Positions 28,130 to 37,183 of a DNA stretch of 64,000 nucleotides are shown one piece after another; the first letter of the stretch is position 1; the number at the start of each line of letters is the position of its first letter. Both the position numbers and the translations under genes were made by a program. A model generated the notes under the pieces. It had not been told where the DNA came from and ran no database searches. It saw nothing but the letters and a program-made list of their open reading frames with translations. Source of the DNA: Pseudomonadota bacterium (GTDB lineage: Bacteria > Pseudomonadota > Gammaproteobacteria > Acidiferrobacterales > UBA6901); the NCBI GenBank assembly GCA_021790335.1, contig JAJYEE010000007.1:1255-65254 (forward strand), written 5' to 3'.

Positions 28130-30184
28130 TTGTCGCCCCTCATACTCGCGTACGTGGCGGTGGCAGGTGCACTGCTGTCGGGCGTAGTGGCCCTGGCCGC
28201 AGACCGGTTTCCCGCTGCACTGCGCGCAGGGTCGTTCAGCATCCTCGGTATTGCTGGCGTGACCGCGGTGGCTGCCGGCGGCTGGGCACTGGTGACGGGC
28301 ACCCGCACCACCGCGCAGCTTCCCTTCGGATTGCCCTGGCTCAACTGGCACCTGCGCCTCGACCCGCTCTCCGGTTTTTTCATGGCGATAGTCGGCATCG
28401 CCGTGATTGCGGTCAGCCTCTACGGCCCCGGCTACGTGCGCGAGTACGAGCGTGACAGGCATGCGCACCAGGCGGCGTCCGGCGAATCTCAGCCACGCAA
28501 TTCGCTGGCCACACTCGGGCTGTTCACCGGCATATTCGTGGCTGGCATGCTGGCGGTACTGCTGGCCGATGACGCCTTCGTGTTCATGATCGCGTGGGAA
28601 CTGATGTCGGTGTCGAGCTACCTGCTGGTCGCCTATCAGCATGACAATCCGGCCAACCGTCACGCCGCCTTCCTTTACCTGCTGCTCGCCGAAATCGGCG
28701 CACTGGTGATCCTGCTTGCCTTTGGCGTGCTCGCCGGATTCGGCGGCAATTTCACCTTCGATGCAATGCGCGCGGCGCACCTGTCGCCGGCCTGGGCATC
28801 GCTCGCGTTCGTGCTGGCGCTGTTCGGATTCGGCATGAAGGCCGGCATGGTGCCGCTGCACGTATGGCTGCCCGAGGCGCACCCGGCAGCTCCGTCCCAT
28901 ATCTCTGCGCTGATGAGCGGGGTAATGCTCAAGGTGGCGATCTACGGACTCATCCGCTTCGTATTCGATCTGCTCGGCCACCCCCAGTGGTCCTGGGGCC
29001 TGACGACCCTGGCGATCGGCACCGCCACGGCTGTGCTCGGGGTCCTGTATGCTGTCACACAGAATGACCTCAAGCGGTTGCTCGCCTATTCCTCCGTCGA
29101 GAACATCGGCATCATCCTCATGGGCCTTGGCCTGGGCATGATCTTCATCGGCACCGGTCATCCAGTCCTTGGCGCCGTAGCACTGCTCGCCGCCCTGTAT
29201 CACAGCCTGAATCACGCCGTATTCAAGACCCTGCTTTTCCTCGGCGCCGGGGCAGTGCTCTACCGCACCCACGAACGCGATCTCGACCACCTCGGCGGCC
29301 TGATCCGGCGCATGCCGGCCACTGCGTTTTTCATGCTCATCGGCTGTTTCAGCATCGCCGCCCTGCCCCCCTTTAACGGCTTCGTCTCGGAATGGCTGAC
29401 GCTGCAGGCGGCGCTGCAGGTACCGGCGCTCTCGAGCGGCGTGCTGCGCTCCATCATTCCGATCGCCGCAGCGCTGCTGGCGCTGACCACGGCGCTGGCG
29501 GCCGCCACGTTCGTCAAGGTCTACGGGGTAGCGTTCCTCGGACAGCCGCGCACGCGCCACGTGGCGCACGCTCGCGAAGTCGGCCTGGGAATGCGCGCCG
29601 GAATGGGGCTGCTGGCACTGCTGTGCGTGGTGCTGGGCGTAGTGCCCACGCTGGTAATCCGCCTGATCAGCCCGATCACGCGGGGTCTGCTGCACCTCAG
29701 CCCGGCGGGCGCCACGGTGCGCGGCTGGCTATGGCTGACGCCGGTCTCGCCGCACGTGGCCTCGTATTCCGCACCGCTGGTTGTCGCCGCCATGGCGTTC
29801 ACTTTCCTCGCCGGCTACCTGCTTCTGCATCGCCGCGCCCGCAGCGCGCGGCGCAGTGATCCCTGGGACTGCGGCTTCGGCGGACTGAACGCGCGCATGC
29901 AATACACTTCAACGGCGTTCGCACAACCGATCCGCCGGGTATTCGCACCGGTATGGCAGATCGACGAGCACGTCGACAAGGTCCAGAACTCTGCGACCCG
30001 CTACACCAGCATGCGCCACCAACTGCATGTCACGGACTGGTCATGGTCCGCTGTCTACCTGCCCATCGGCCGTCTGGTGCTCGCGGCAGCGCGGCGCGTC
30101 GGCCGCATACAGACTGGCAGCATACGCATCTACCTCGCCTATTCCTTCTTCACCCTGCTGCTGCTGCTATGGCTGATAACCTGA
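28130..30184 (+). CDS. Hydrogenase-4 subunit B-like antiporter-type membrane subunit (NuoL/HyfB family) of an Ehr-type complex
   Basis: 684 aa with a TTG start. It is collinear with E. coli HyfB as I recall it (FMIAWELMSVSSYLLV versus FIVLFEMMSLSSWFLV) and has many TM helices. Confidence 0.85.
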   Translation: MSPLILAYVAVAGALLSGVVALAADRFPAALRAGSFSILGIAGVTAVAAGGWALVTGTRTTAQLPFGLPWLNWHLRLDPLSGFFMAIVGIAVIAVSLYGPGYVREYERDRHAHQAASGESQPRNSLATLGLFTGIFVAGMLAVLLADDAFVFMIAWELMSVSSYLLVAYQHDNPANRHAAFLYLLLAEIGALVILLAFGVLAGFGGNFTFDAMRAAHLSPAWASLAFVLALFGFGMKAGMVPLHVWLPEAHPAAPSHISALMSGVMLKVAIYGLIRFVFDLLGHPQWSWGLTTLAIGTATAVLGVLYAVTQNDLKRLLAYSSVENIGIILMGLGLGMIFIGTGHPVLGAVALLAALYHSLNHAVFKTLLFLGAGAVLYRTHERDLDHLGGLIRRMPATAFFMLIGCFSIAALPPFNGFVSEWLTLQAALQVPALSSGVLRSIIPIAAALLALTTALAAATFVKVYGVAFLGQPRTRHVAHAREVGLGMRAGMGLLALLCVVLGVVPTLVIRLISPITRGLLHLSPAGATVRGWLWLTPVSPHVASYSAPLVVAAMAFTFLAGYLLLHRRARSARRSDPWDCGFGGLNARMQYTSTAFAQPIRRVFAPVWQIDEHVDKVQNSATRYTSMRHQLHVTDWSWSAVYLPIGRLVLAAARRVGRIQTGSIRIYLAYSFFTLLLLLWLIT

Positions 30185-31128
30185 ACGGCTGGCTGTGGGC
30201 CGCGCTTCAAACACTGCTGTTCATCGGCGGGGCGCCGCTGCTGGCCGGCTGGATCAAGCGCCTGAAATGCCATCTGCAGAACCGGGCCGCCCCCTCGATC
30301 CTCCAGCCGTACCGCGACCTCGCCAAGCTTTTCGCCAAGGATCTGGTGCTTGCGCACGATGCATCCTGGATCTTCCGGGTGACGCCGTACGTGGTCTTCG
30401 GCGCCATGCTGCTGGCGGCGGCGGTGGTGCCGCTGGTGGCGGTACCGCTGCCGACCGCTGCCATTGCCGATGTCATCGTGCTGGTAGGATTTTTCGCGCT
30501 GGCGCGCTTCTTCCAGGCACTGGCGGGCATGGACATAGGCACCGCCTTCGGCGGCATGGGTGCCTCGCGCGAAATGACCGTCGCATCACTCGCCGAGCCC
30601 GCGATGCTGATGGCGATATTCACGCTCACCATGACCGCTTCCACGACCAACCTCTCGGTGGCGATCCAATACATTCTGAACGCCGGCCTGGTACTGCGTC
30701 CGTCTTTTCTTTTCGCACTGCTCAGCCTGGCCATGGTGGCGGTCGCCGAGACCGGTCGCATCCCGATCGACAACCCGGCGACCCATCTCGAGCTCACCAT
30801 GCTTCATGAGGCGACAGTCCTGGAATACAGTGCCCGCCATCTGGCGCTGATAGACTGGGCCGGCATGGTCAAGCTCATGATCTATGCAGTCCTGATCAGC
30901 AACATCTTTCTGCCCTGGGGAATCGCCCGGCATCTCACGCTTCCCGGCCTGGCACTTGGCACTGTGGCGGTAGCCGCGAAGCTCGCGCTTCTGGCGGTGC
31001 TCCTGGCGCTGTGGGAAACCGTACTCGCCAAAATGCGCCTGTTCAGGGTTCCACAGTTTCTGGGGTTTGCGTTCGTGCTGAGCCTGCTGGGGATCCTGAC
31101 GCACGTGATCCTCGAGAGCGCATTGTGA
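30169..31128 (+). CDS. HyfC/HycD-like membrane subunit (NuoH family)
   Basis: The ATG at 30169 gives MADNLNGWLWAALQTLLFIGGAPLLAGWIKRLKCHLQNRAAPSILQPYRDL, a typical HycD/HyfC N-terminus. It overlaps the upstream gene by 16 nt. The track ORF from 29953 is over-extended. Confidence 0.85.
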   Translation: MADNLNGWLWAALQTLLFIGGAPLLAGWIKRLKCHLQNRAAPSILQPYRDLAKLFAKDLVLAHDASWIFRVTPYVVFGAMLLAAAVVPLVAVPLPTAAIADVIVLVGFFALARFFQALAGMDIGTAFGGMGASREMTVASLAEPAMLMAIFTLTMTASTTNLSVAIQYILNAGLVLRPSFLFALLSLAMVAVAETGRIPIDNPATHLELTMLHEATVLEYSARHLALIDWAGMVKLMIYAVLISNIFLPWGIARHLTLPGLALGTVAVAAKLALLAVLLALWETVLAKMRLFRVPQFLGFAFVLSLLGILTHVILESAL

Positions 31129-31179
31129 ATTCGATCGCCCCAGGGAACGGCCTGTCCATGATTAAGGAGCCGCAATGTC

Positions 31180-31857
31180 ATGCATCTGACTGATCTCAGT
31201 CTCTTCAGCCAGGGCATCCTGGTTTCGGCCGCACTGGTGCTGTTCACCTCGTTCGTGATGCTCGCCCAGGCACGCATCCAGCCACTCATATACGCTTTCG
31301 CCTGGCAGGGCGCACTGCTGTCGATCACCACGGCGCTGGTGGCGCTGGTATCGGGACATACACACCTTTATATATCGGCGCTGCTCACCTTCGGACTCAA
31401 GGCACTGCTGATCCCGTGGATGCTTTATCGCCTGACGAGGCGACTGCATATCCAGTATGACGTTGAAATCGTCGCCCACCCCTCGCTCACGCTCCTCGCC
31501 GGCACCGTGCTGGTGGTGTTCTGCTACTACGTAGCGCTGCCGATTGCCCAACTTTCGACGCTCGTGACCCGCAATACGATCGCTGTGAGCATGGCAACCG
31601 TATTGCTCGGCATGCTGCTCATGATCAGCCGCCGGACCGCAGTGGCACAGGTGATCGGATTCATGTCCATCGAGAATGGTCTGTTCTTCGCGGCCGTGGC
31701 CTCGACCTACGGCATGCCGATGATCGTCGAACTGGGTGTCGCTTTTGACGTCCTGGTGGCGGCCGTACTTTTCGGCGTGTTTTTCTTCCAGATCCGCACC
31801 AGCATCGACTCGCTCGATGTCGATCGTCTGAACCGCCTGTCGGAGCGAGGCGAATGA
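31180..31857 (+). CDS. HyfE-like membrane subunit (NuoK-related)
   Basis: 225 aa with an AAGGAG Shine-Dalgarno at 31164-31169. It resembles HyfE (GFMSIENGLFFAAVA versus GYCLMENGSHLVLAL; C-terminus LDVDRLNRLSE versus LDVNNLTALKG). Confidence 0.8.
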   Translation: MHLTDLSLFSQGILVSAALVLFTSFVMLAQARIQPLIYAFAWQGALLSITTALVALVSGHTHLYISALLTFGLKALLIPWMLYRLTRRLHIQYDVEIVAHPSLTLLAGTVLVVFCYYVALPIAQLSTLVTRNTIAVSMATVLLGMLLMISRRTAVAQVIGFMSIENGLFFAAVASTYGMPMIVELGVAFDVLVAAVLFGVFFFQIRTSIDSLDVDRLNRLSERGE

Positions 31858-33323
31858 GTCCGCTCTACCTGGTGCTGTGGCTGCCGCTCGCCGGCGGCCT
31901 GGTGCTCGCGCTGGTGCCGAACTACCGCATCGCGGGCTATATCAACGTGGCGATCGCAGCCTCGACCTTCGGCTCCTCGGTGTGGCTCGCCTGGAATGTG
32001 CTCGGCACCGGCCCGGAGCTGTCGCCGGGCAAGCTGTTCTACATCGACGCCTTCAACGTCTACCTCGTGGCGTTGACTGCGTTCGTCGGCTTGACTACGG
32101 CGATCTTCTCGCGGCCCTATATGCAGCACGAAGTCGAGCGCGGCCGGGTCGGTCCCCCGCGTATGCGGCTGTATCACTCGATGTACCAGGGCTTCCTGTT
32201 CGCAATGCTGCTGGCTCTCACGACCAACAACATGGGCGTACTGTGGGTGGCAATGGAAGCCGCTACCCTCACGACGGTGTTGCTGGTAAGCCTGTATCGC
32301 ACCCCGGAATCGGTGGAAGCGGCCTGGAAGTACTTCATCCTGTGCGGTGTCGGCATCGCCCAGGCGCTGTTCGGGACCGTACTTTTGTACTTCGCGGCAG
32401 AGCGGCGCCTCGGCGCCGAGCGTAACGATACGCTGCTGTGGAGCGTCCTGCACAACCACGCCGCCCAGCTCGATCCGGCCGTGCTGGCAATCGCCTTCGT
32501 GTTCCTGCTGGTCGGCTACGGAACCAAGGTCGGACTGGTGCCGCTGCACAACTGGCTGCCGGATGCACATTCCGAGGGTCCTACGCCCATGTCTGCGGTG
32601 CTGTCGGGCCTGCTGCTCAACGTCGCGCTCTATGCGCTCGTGCGCGTTAAGATGCTGGTGGACGGCTCGCTGCATACTGCGCTTGCCGGGCACCTGATGA
32701 TGGGATTCGGCCTGCTGTCTTTTCTGGTAGCGAGTCTGTTTCTGCACCGCCAGCACGACATAAAGCGCATGTACAGCTATTCCTCGATTGAACACATGGG
32801 TCTCATGACTTTCGCCTTCGGAATCGGCGGCGCACTCGCCACCTTTGCCGCCCTGCTGCACATGACCGTACACTCGCTTACAAAATCCTCCATCTTCGTT
32901 ACCGTCGGTCACGCCTCGCAGCTCGCCGGCACCCAGCGCATCGAGCACATACGCGGGTTGATCCGCACTCAGCCGCAGGTCGGCTGGGGCCTGCTGATCG
33001 GCACGCTTGCAATCGCCGGCTTTCCACCCTTCGGCGTGTTCATGAGCGAGTTTCTGGTGCTTAACGCGACCATGAAATCCTGGCCATGGCTGACCGTGCC
33101 GCTGCTGGTGGGTCTGGCCATCGCGTTCGCCGGCCTGTTCCGTCACCTGCAACCCATGGTTTACGGTACCCCGCCGCCCGGGCAGACCCGCGTCAGGGCC
33201 AACATGCTGCCGGTGGCGATCCATCTCGCCCTGGTACTGTGGCTCGGCCTGTCGATTCCGCTGTTCCTGTCACACTGGTTCGAACAGGCGACAAGTCTTA
33301 TCTCCGGGAGTCTGCCGCTGTGA
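31854..33323 (+). CDS. HyfF-like antiporter-type membrane subunit (NuoN/NuoM family)
   Basis: 489 aa with an ATGA overlap onto the hyfE-like stop. It carries the Mrp/Nuo antiporter motif (LVGYGTKVGLVPLHNWLPDAHSEGPTPMSAVLSG). Confidence 0.85.
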   Translation: MSPLYLVLWLPLAGGLVLALVPNYRIAGYINVAIAASTFGSSVWLAWNVLGTGPELSPGKLFYIDAFNVYLVALTAFVGLTTAIFSRPYMQHEVERGRVGPPRMRLYHSMYQGFLFAMLLALTTNNMGVLWVAMEAATLTTVLLVSLYRTPESVEAAWKYFILCGVGIAQALFGTVLLYFAAERRLGAERNDTLLWSVLHNHAAQLDPAVLAIAFVFLLVGYGTKVGLVPLHNWLPDAHSEGPTPMSAVLSGLLLNVALYALVRVKMLVDGSLHTALAGHLMMGFGLLSFLVASLFLHRQHDIKRMYSYSSIEHMGLMTFAFGIGGALATFAALLHMTVHSLTKSSIFVTVGHASQLAGTQRIEHIRGLIRTQPQVGWGLLIGTLAIAGFPPFGVFMSEFLVLNATMKSWPWLTVPLLVGLAIAFAGLFRHLQPMVYGTPPPGQTRVRANMLPVAIHLALVLWLGLSIPLFLSHWFEQATSLISGSLPL

Positions 33324-34909
33324 GGCGCTTCGACTGGCTCGATCCGTTCCTTGGCCGGCTCGTCGCCGAGGATGTGGCGGTGCGGGAGCTGCCGGCATGT
33401 TCCGGTCTCGCCCCGGCCCGCGTGATCGGGGTCGATGCCGATGATTGGGGGAAACTCGGACAGGCCGCCAGGCACTGGGGTTGCCGCTGGGTTGGCTGCT
33501 GGGGCGATGACATCGGGGAACATTTTCACCTTTATTCCTGCTTCGAAAAGGACCGCGGCTATCTGCTGGCACGCACCGCGGTGCGACGCCTCACACCCAT
33601 CCTGCCCTCCCACACACCGTATTTTGCGGCCGCCGACCGTGCCGAGCGTCATCTCCAGGATCTTTTCGGCGTGGCTTTCGGAGACCATCCCGACGCACGT
33701 CGCTGGATCCGCCATCAGGCCTGGAAGGACAGCGAATACCCGTTGCGCAAGGATTTTCCGCTCGCGGGCCACCCTCAGCCGCAGACTCCGGCAGACAACC
33801 ATTACAAATTCCTGTTCGCCCAGGGCAGCGGAGTCTGCGAGATCCCGGTCGGGCCGGTGCATGCATCGATCATCGAACCGGGACATTTCCGCTTCCAGGC
33901 GGTCGGCGAGACCGTGCTCCACCTCGAGCAGCGGCTCGGCTATGTCCACAAGGGTACGGAAAAGCTCGCCGAGGGGCGTGATGCCACGGGACTGGCGCGG
34001 CTTGCGGCACGCGTTTCGGGCGATTCCACCGTGGCGCACAGCTGGGCCGCGTGCATGGCGATGGAAAAGGCAGCGGCACTCGAGGTTCCGGCGCGCGCAC
34101 TTGCACTGCGGGCCATCCTGGCCGAGCGCGAACGCATCGCCAACCACCTCGGCGACATCGGCGCCATCTGCAGCGACGTGAGCTTCAGCTTCGCCTTCTA
34201 CCAGTTCAGCCGTCTGCGCGAGCTCTGGCAACGCGTCAACCTTGCAGCCTTCGGTCACCGGCTGCTCATGGACTGCATCGTACCCGGCGGGGTCGCCACA
34301 GACCTCACGACCGAAGCGATCGTCGCCCAGCACGAGCAGATCCGCACCTTTCGACCGCAGCTTGCCCGGTTGATGGACATCCTTAATACCAGTCCTACGG
34401 TCGAAGACCGCCTCATCGGGACCGGCAAACTCAGCCCCGAGCTGGCCGCCGAATTCGGTGCACTCGGCTACGTCGGCCGGGCAAGCGGCATCGACCTCGA
34501 TGTGCGCCGCGATTCACCCTATGCCCCGTACGACGCTTTAACGATACCTGTCCCGGTCCATCGCAGCGGCGACGTCGCAGCGCGCGTTCGGGTACGGGCT
34601 GAAGAAATCGGCAATTCGTTTGTGCTGATAGAAAATCTGCTCGACAAACTCGTGGCAGGACCGACGCACGCTCCCTGGGTGCCGCCTGCGGGCAATGTCA
34701 CGGGACTGGGTGTGGTCGAAGGATGGCGCGGCGAGACGCTCGCCTTCGTGCGCTTCGGCGACGATGGGCGCATCGCCCGCTATTACCCGCGGGATCCGAG
34801 CATGATCAACTGGCCGCTGCTTGAACTGCTCATCCACGAGAACATCGTCCCGGATTTTCCGGTATGCAACAAATCGGTGAACGGATCGTATTCCGGCAAT
34901 GACTTGTAG
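33320..34909 (+). CDS. HyfG/HycE-like 'large subunit' (fused NuoC-NuoD-like) lacking all four [NiFe] cysteine ligands
   Basis: The GTG at 33320 overlaps the hyfF-like stop (GTGA). The core aligns with HycE (PVHASIIEPGHFRFQAVGETVLHLEQRLGYVHKG). The N-terminal metal motif reads RVSGDSTVAH where HycE has RVCGICGFAH. The C-terminus reads NGSYSGNDL-stop where HycE has DPCYSCTDR. Confidence 0.85.
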   Translation: MRRFDWLDPFLGRLVAEDVAVRELPACSGLAPARVIGVDADDWGKLGQAARHWGCRWVGCWGDDIGEHFHLYSCFEKDRGYLLARTAVRRLTPILPSHTPYFAAADRAERHLQDLFGVAFGDHPDARRWIRHQAWKDSEYPLRKDFPLAGHPQPQTPADNHYKFLFAQGSGVCEIPVGPVHASIIEPGHFRFQAVGETVLHLEQRLGYVHKGTEKLAEGRDATGLARLAARVSGDSTVAHSWAACMAMEKAAALEVPARALALRAILAERERIANHLGDIGAICSDVSFSFAFYQFSRLRELWQRVNLAAFGHRLLMDCIVPGGVATDLTTEAIVAQHEQIRTFRPQLARLMDILNTSPTVEDRLIGTGKLSPELAAEFGALGYVGRASGIDLDVRRDSPYAPYDALTIPVPVHRSGDVAARVRVRAEEIGNSFVLIENLLDKLVAGPTHAPWVPPAGNVTGLGVVEGWRGETLAFVRFGDDGRIARYYPRDPSMINWPLLELLIHENIVPDFPVCNKSVNGSYSGNDL

Positions 34910-34990
34910 CACAAGCACCAGCGATGCGTACTGGCCGGCCATGGCGGCGGCCGCGCCGGCCGCTTGCACGGACCGCGAGGTTTCATATCC

Positions 34991-35530
34991 ATGCTGAGAA
35001 TTCTCGGAAAAGTACAGCGTATCGGCATCATTACCGAAAGCCTGTCACCGTGGGACGAACCGGCTCTGAGCCAGGTCGGAGAACAGCTGAAGGCGGCGGT
35101 CGGCAGGCGCTTCCGCGGGAGTCTCGCGATCCGCCAGGTAGACGCCGGCTCATGTAACGGCTGCGAACTCGAGATCCAGGCGCTCAACAATCCGTACTAC
35201 GGCATCGAGCGCTTCGGCGTGCATTTCGTCGCCAGCCCGCGCCACGCCGATATGCTGCTGGTGACCGGGCCGGTGTCGCGCCACATGGAGGAAGCCCTGC
35301 GCCGCGTGCACGCCGCCACCCCCGATCCCAAGCTCGTGATCGCCGTCGGCAACTGCGGCGCCACCGGCGGGGAATTCGGCGTGAGCTATGCCAGCGCCGG
35401 CGCGGTGTCGAATGTGGTTCCGGTGGACGCGGTCATTACCGGCTGCCCGCCCACGCCGCTCGATCTGATGCGCGGCATACTCGAGGCCATCGACGCCCGC
35501 AAGGCGGGCCGCGTGTCGGCCACACGCTGA
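34991..35530 (+). CDS. HyfI/HycG-like small subunit (NuoB family) retaining the [4Fe-4S] cysteines
   Basis: The ATG at 34991 gives MLRILGKV.... Cluster ligands are present in AGSCNGCELE, VGNCGATGG and GCPPTP. The track start at 34964 is a TTG. Confidence 0.85.
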   Translation: MLRILGKVQRIGIITESLSPWDEPALSQVGEQLKAAVGRRFRGSLAIRQVDAGSCNGCELEIQALNNPYYGIERFGVHFVASPRHADMLLVTGPVSRHMEEALRRVHAATPDPKLVIAVGNCGATGGEFGVSYASAGAVSNVVPVDAVITGCPPTPLDLMRGILEAIDARKAGRVSATR

Positions 35531-35548
35531 ACACCCAGGCCGCGCCGG

Positions 35549-37132
35549 TCAGCGGCCATCCGCTGTCCGATCCCGCAACGCTGCCATGCCCTGCAGGTAG
35601 GCGCGTGCACGTTCAACGACTTCCTCCGGCAGCCCGCTATTGCGGGCAATGACAAGCCCCAGGGATCGCCCGCTCGTGCCGATCTGTAATTGATAAGTGG
35701 GCTTCAGCCGCTCCTCGTCAAACGCCATGGATGCATTGGTCAGTCCGCCGTGGTGCGCGGCGAACGCCTTGAGCGGCGCGAGATGGGTCGTCACGATGCC
35801 CTGGACGTGCCTTGCGGCGAGCTCATCGAGCACCGCCATCGCCAGCGCCGCACCCTCCTCCGGGTCGGTGCCGGTTCCAAGCTCATCGAGCAGCACCAGC
35901 GTACCGCTTCCGGCATCGCGCAGAATGCGCTTGAGGGCCTCCACGTGCCCGGCGAAAGTTGAAAGATGATGATAGAGACTCTGCGGGTCGCCGATGTCGA
36001 CGATTACCCGGCTGAAATTCCCGATGATGCAGTCACCCTCCGCCGGGATGTGCAAACCGCAGTGCGCCATGGTCACCAGCAGGCCGACGGTCTTGAGCAC
36101 CACCGTCTTGCCGCCGGTATTCGGACCAGTGACGATCAGCATGGGCTGGTGCGCATCGAGCGTCAGACTCAGCGGCACCGGGCGCGGCCCCTGGCCGCCG
36201 GTGAACTGCAGCAGCAGGGCCGGATGATAGGCGCGATCGAGCTGCAGCCGCGGCGTATCCACAAGCTGCGGCGCATGGGCGTTGAACTGAGCGCTCAGCT
36301 TTCCCGCTGCCAGGGCCAGATCGATCCAGGTCAAGGCATCGAGCATATGCCCGAGGGTGGCCAGATGGTCCCGCAGGAACCCGGTCAGCTCGCGCAACAG
36401 CGCCTGGGTTTCGACCTCCTGCTGCCCGACAAGCGCCTCGACGCGATTGTTGCGGGCGATCACTTCCATCGGTTCCACCAGCTGGTCGCCCTTGCCGCCG
36501 GCCGTGCCGCGGCGCACGCCGCGGATACGCTCGACCTGCCCTGCTGCGACCGCCAGCATCGCCCGTCCACCCTGCCAGACAATCCTGTCGGCGGACACCA
36601 CATCCCGGACGTCGGGGCGCTCGATACGCGCCGTGAGCGCGCCGACGACTTCCTCACGCAGCGTGCGGAGCTGTGCGGCGAGCTCGTCGAGTCGCGGGCT
36701 TGCGTCCTCGCGTACTCTTCCGGAAGGGAGAATGCTGCGATCCAGCCGCTGCACCAGCAGCGGCGGCGGCTCCAGATGTTCCTGCGGGCCAGGATATAGA
36801 TCGGGACGCACGGCGACGGCCTGCCGCAAAGCAGCAACCGCCGCGATCACCTGCTGCAGGTTGCGCAGCGCCGTTCCCGGCAGCGCCGCCCCCGGATTGG
36901 CAGCTTGCCGCAACGCCACACGTATGTCCGGTACCTCTCGGAGCGTCGGCGTTGCACCCGCATCCAGCACGCTGCGTGCCGCCGTGACTGCCGCCAGCAT
37001 GGCGCGCGCCAGGTTCAGGTCGGGAGCCGGCTCGATATGCCGTGCAGCTTCCGCGCCATAGGGCGTGGACGTCAGCTTCTCGAGCAGCCGCCGCACTGCG
37101 TCGAACTCAAGGGCCTTCAGGTCGCTCTGCAT
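35549..37132 (-). CDS. MutS2-family ATPase lacking the C-terminal Smr nuclease domain
   Basis: 527 aa with a MutS domain V ABC-type ATPase (Walker A TGPNTGGKTVVLKTVGL, STFAGHV, Walker B LVLLDELGTGTDP, TTHL). The protein ends shortly after the ATPase domain, with no coiled-coil or Smr region. Confidence 0.8.
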   Translation of the reverse strand: MQSDLKALEFDAVRRLLEKLTSTPYGAEAARHIEPAPDLNLARAMLAAVTAARSVLDAGATPTLREVPDIRVALRQAANPGAALPGTALRNLQQVIAAVAALRQAVAVRPDLYPGPQEHLEPPPLLVQRLDRSILPSGRVREDASPRLDELAAQLRTLREEVVGALTARIERPDVRDVVSADRIVWQGGRAMLAVAAGQVERIRGVRRGTAGGKGDQLVEPMEVIARNNRVEALVGQQEVETQALLRELTGFLRDHLATLGHMLDALTWIDLALAAGKLSAQFNAHAPQLVDTPRLQLDRAYHPALLLQFTGGQGPRPVPLSLTLDAHQPMLIVTGPNTGGKTVVLKTVGLLVTMAHCGLHIPAEGDCIIGNFSRVIVDIGDPQSLYHHLSTFAGHVEALKRILRDAGSGTLVLLDELGTGTDPEEGAALAMAVLDELAARHVQGIVTTHLAPLKAFAAHHGGLTNASMAFDEERLKPTYQLQIGTSGRSLGLVIARNSGLPEEVVERARAYLQGMAALRDRTADGR

Positions 37133-37183
37133 GATTCGGTCCCCACGGCGCCGGCGTGGACGCGGCCCACGGCGCCGGCGTCT

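Noticed and set aside
33320-34909. Annotation as a functional [NiFe] hydrogenase large subunit / formate hydrogenlyase component.
   Set aside because: All four Ni-Fe ligating cysteines are substituted (Ser, Ser, Ser, Gly). There is no C-terminal processing extension, and no hyp, hycI or fdhF genes nearby. It is called hydrogenase-related (Ehr-type) instead.
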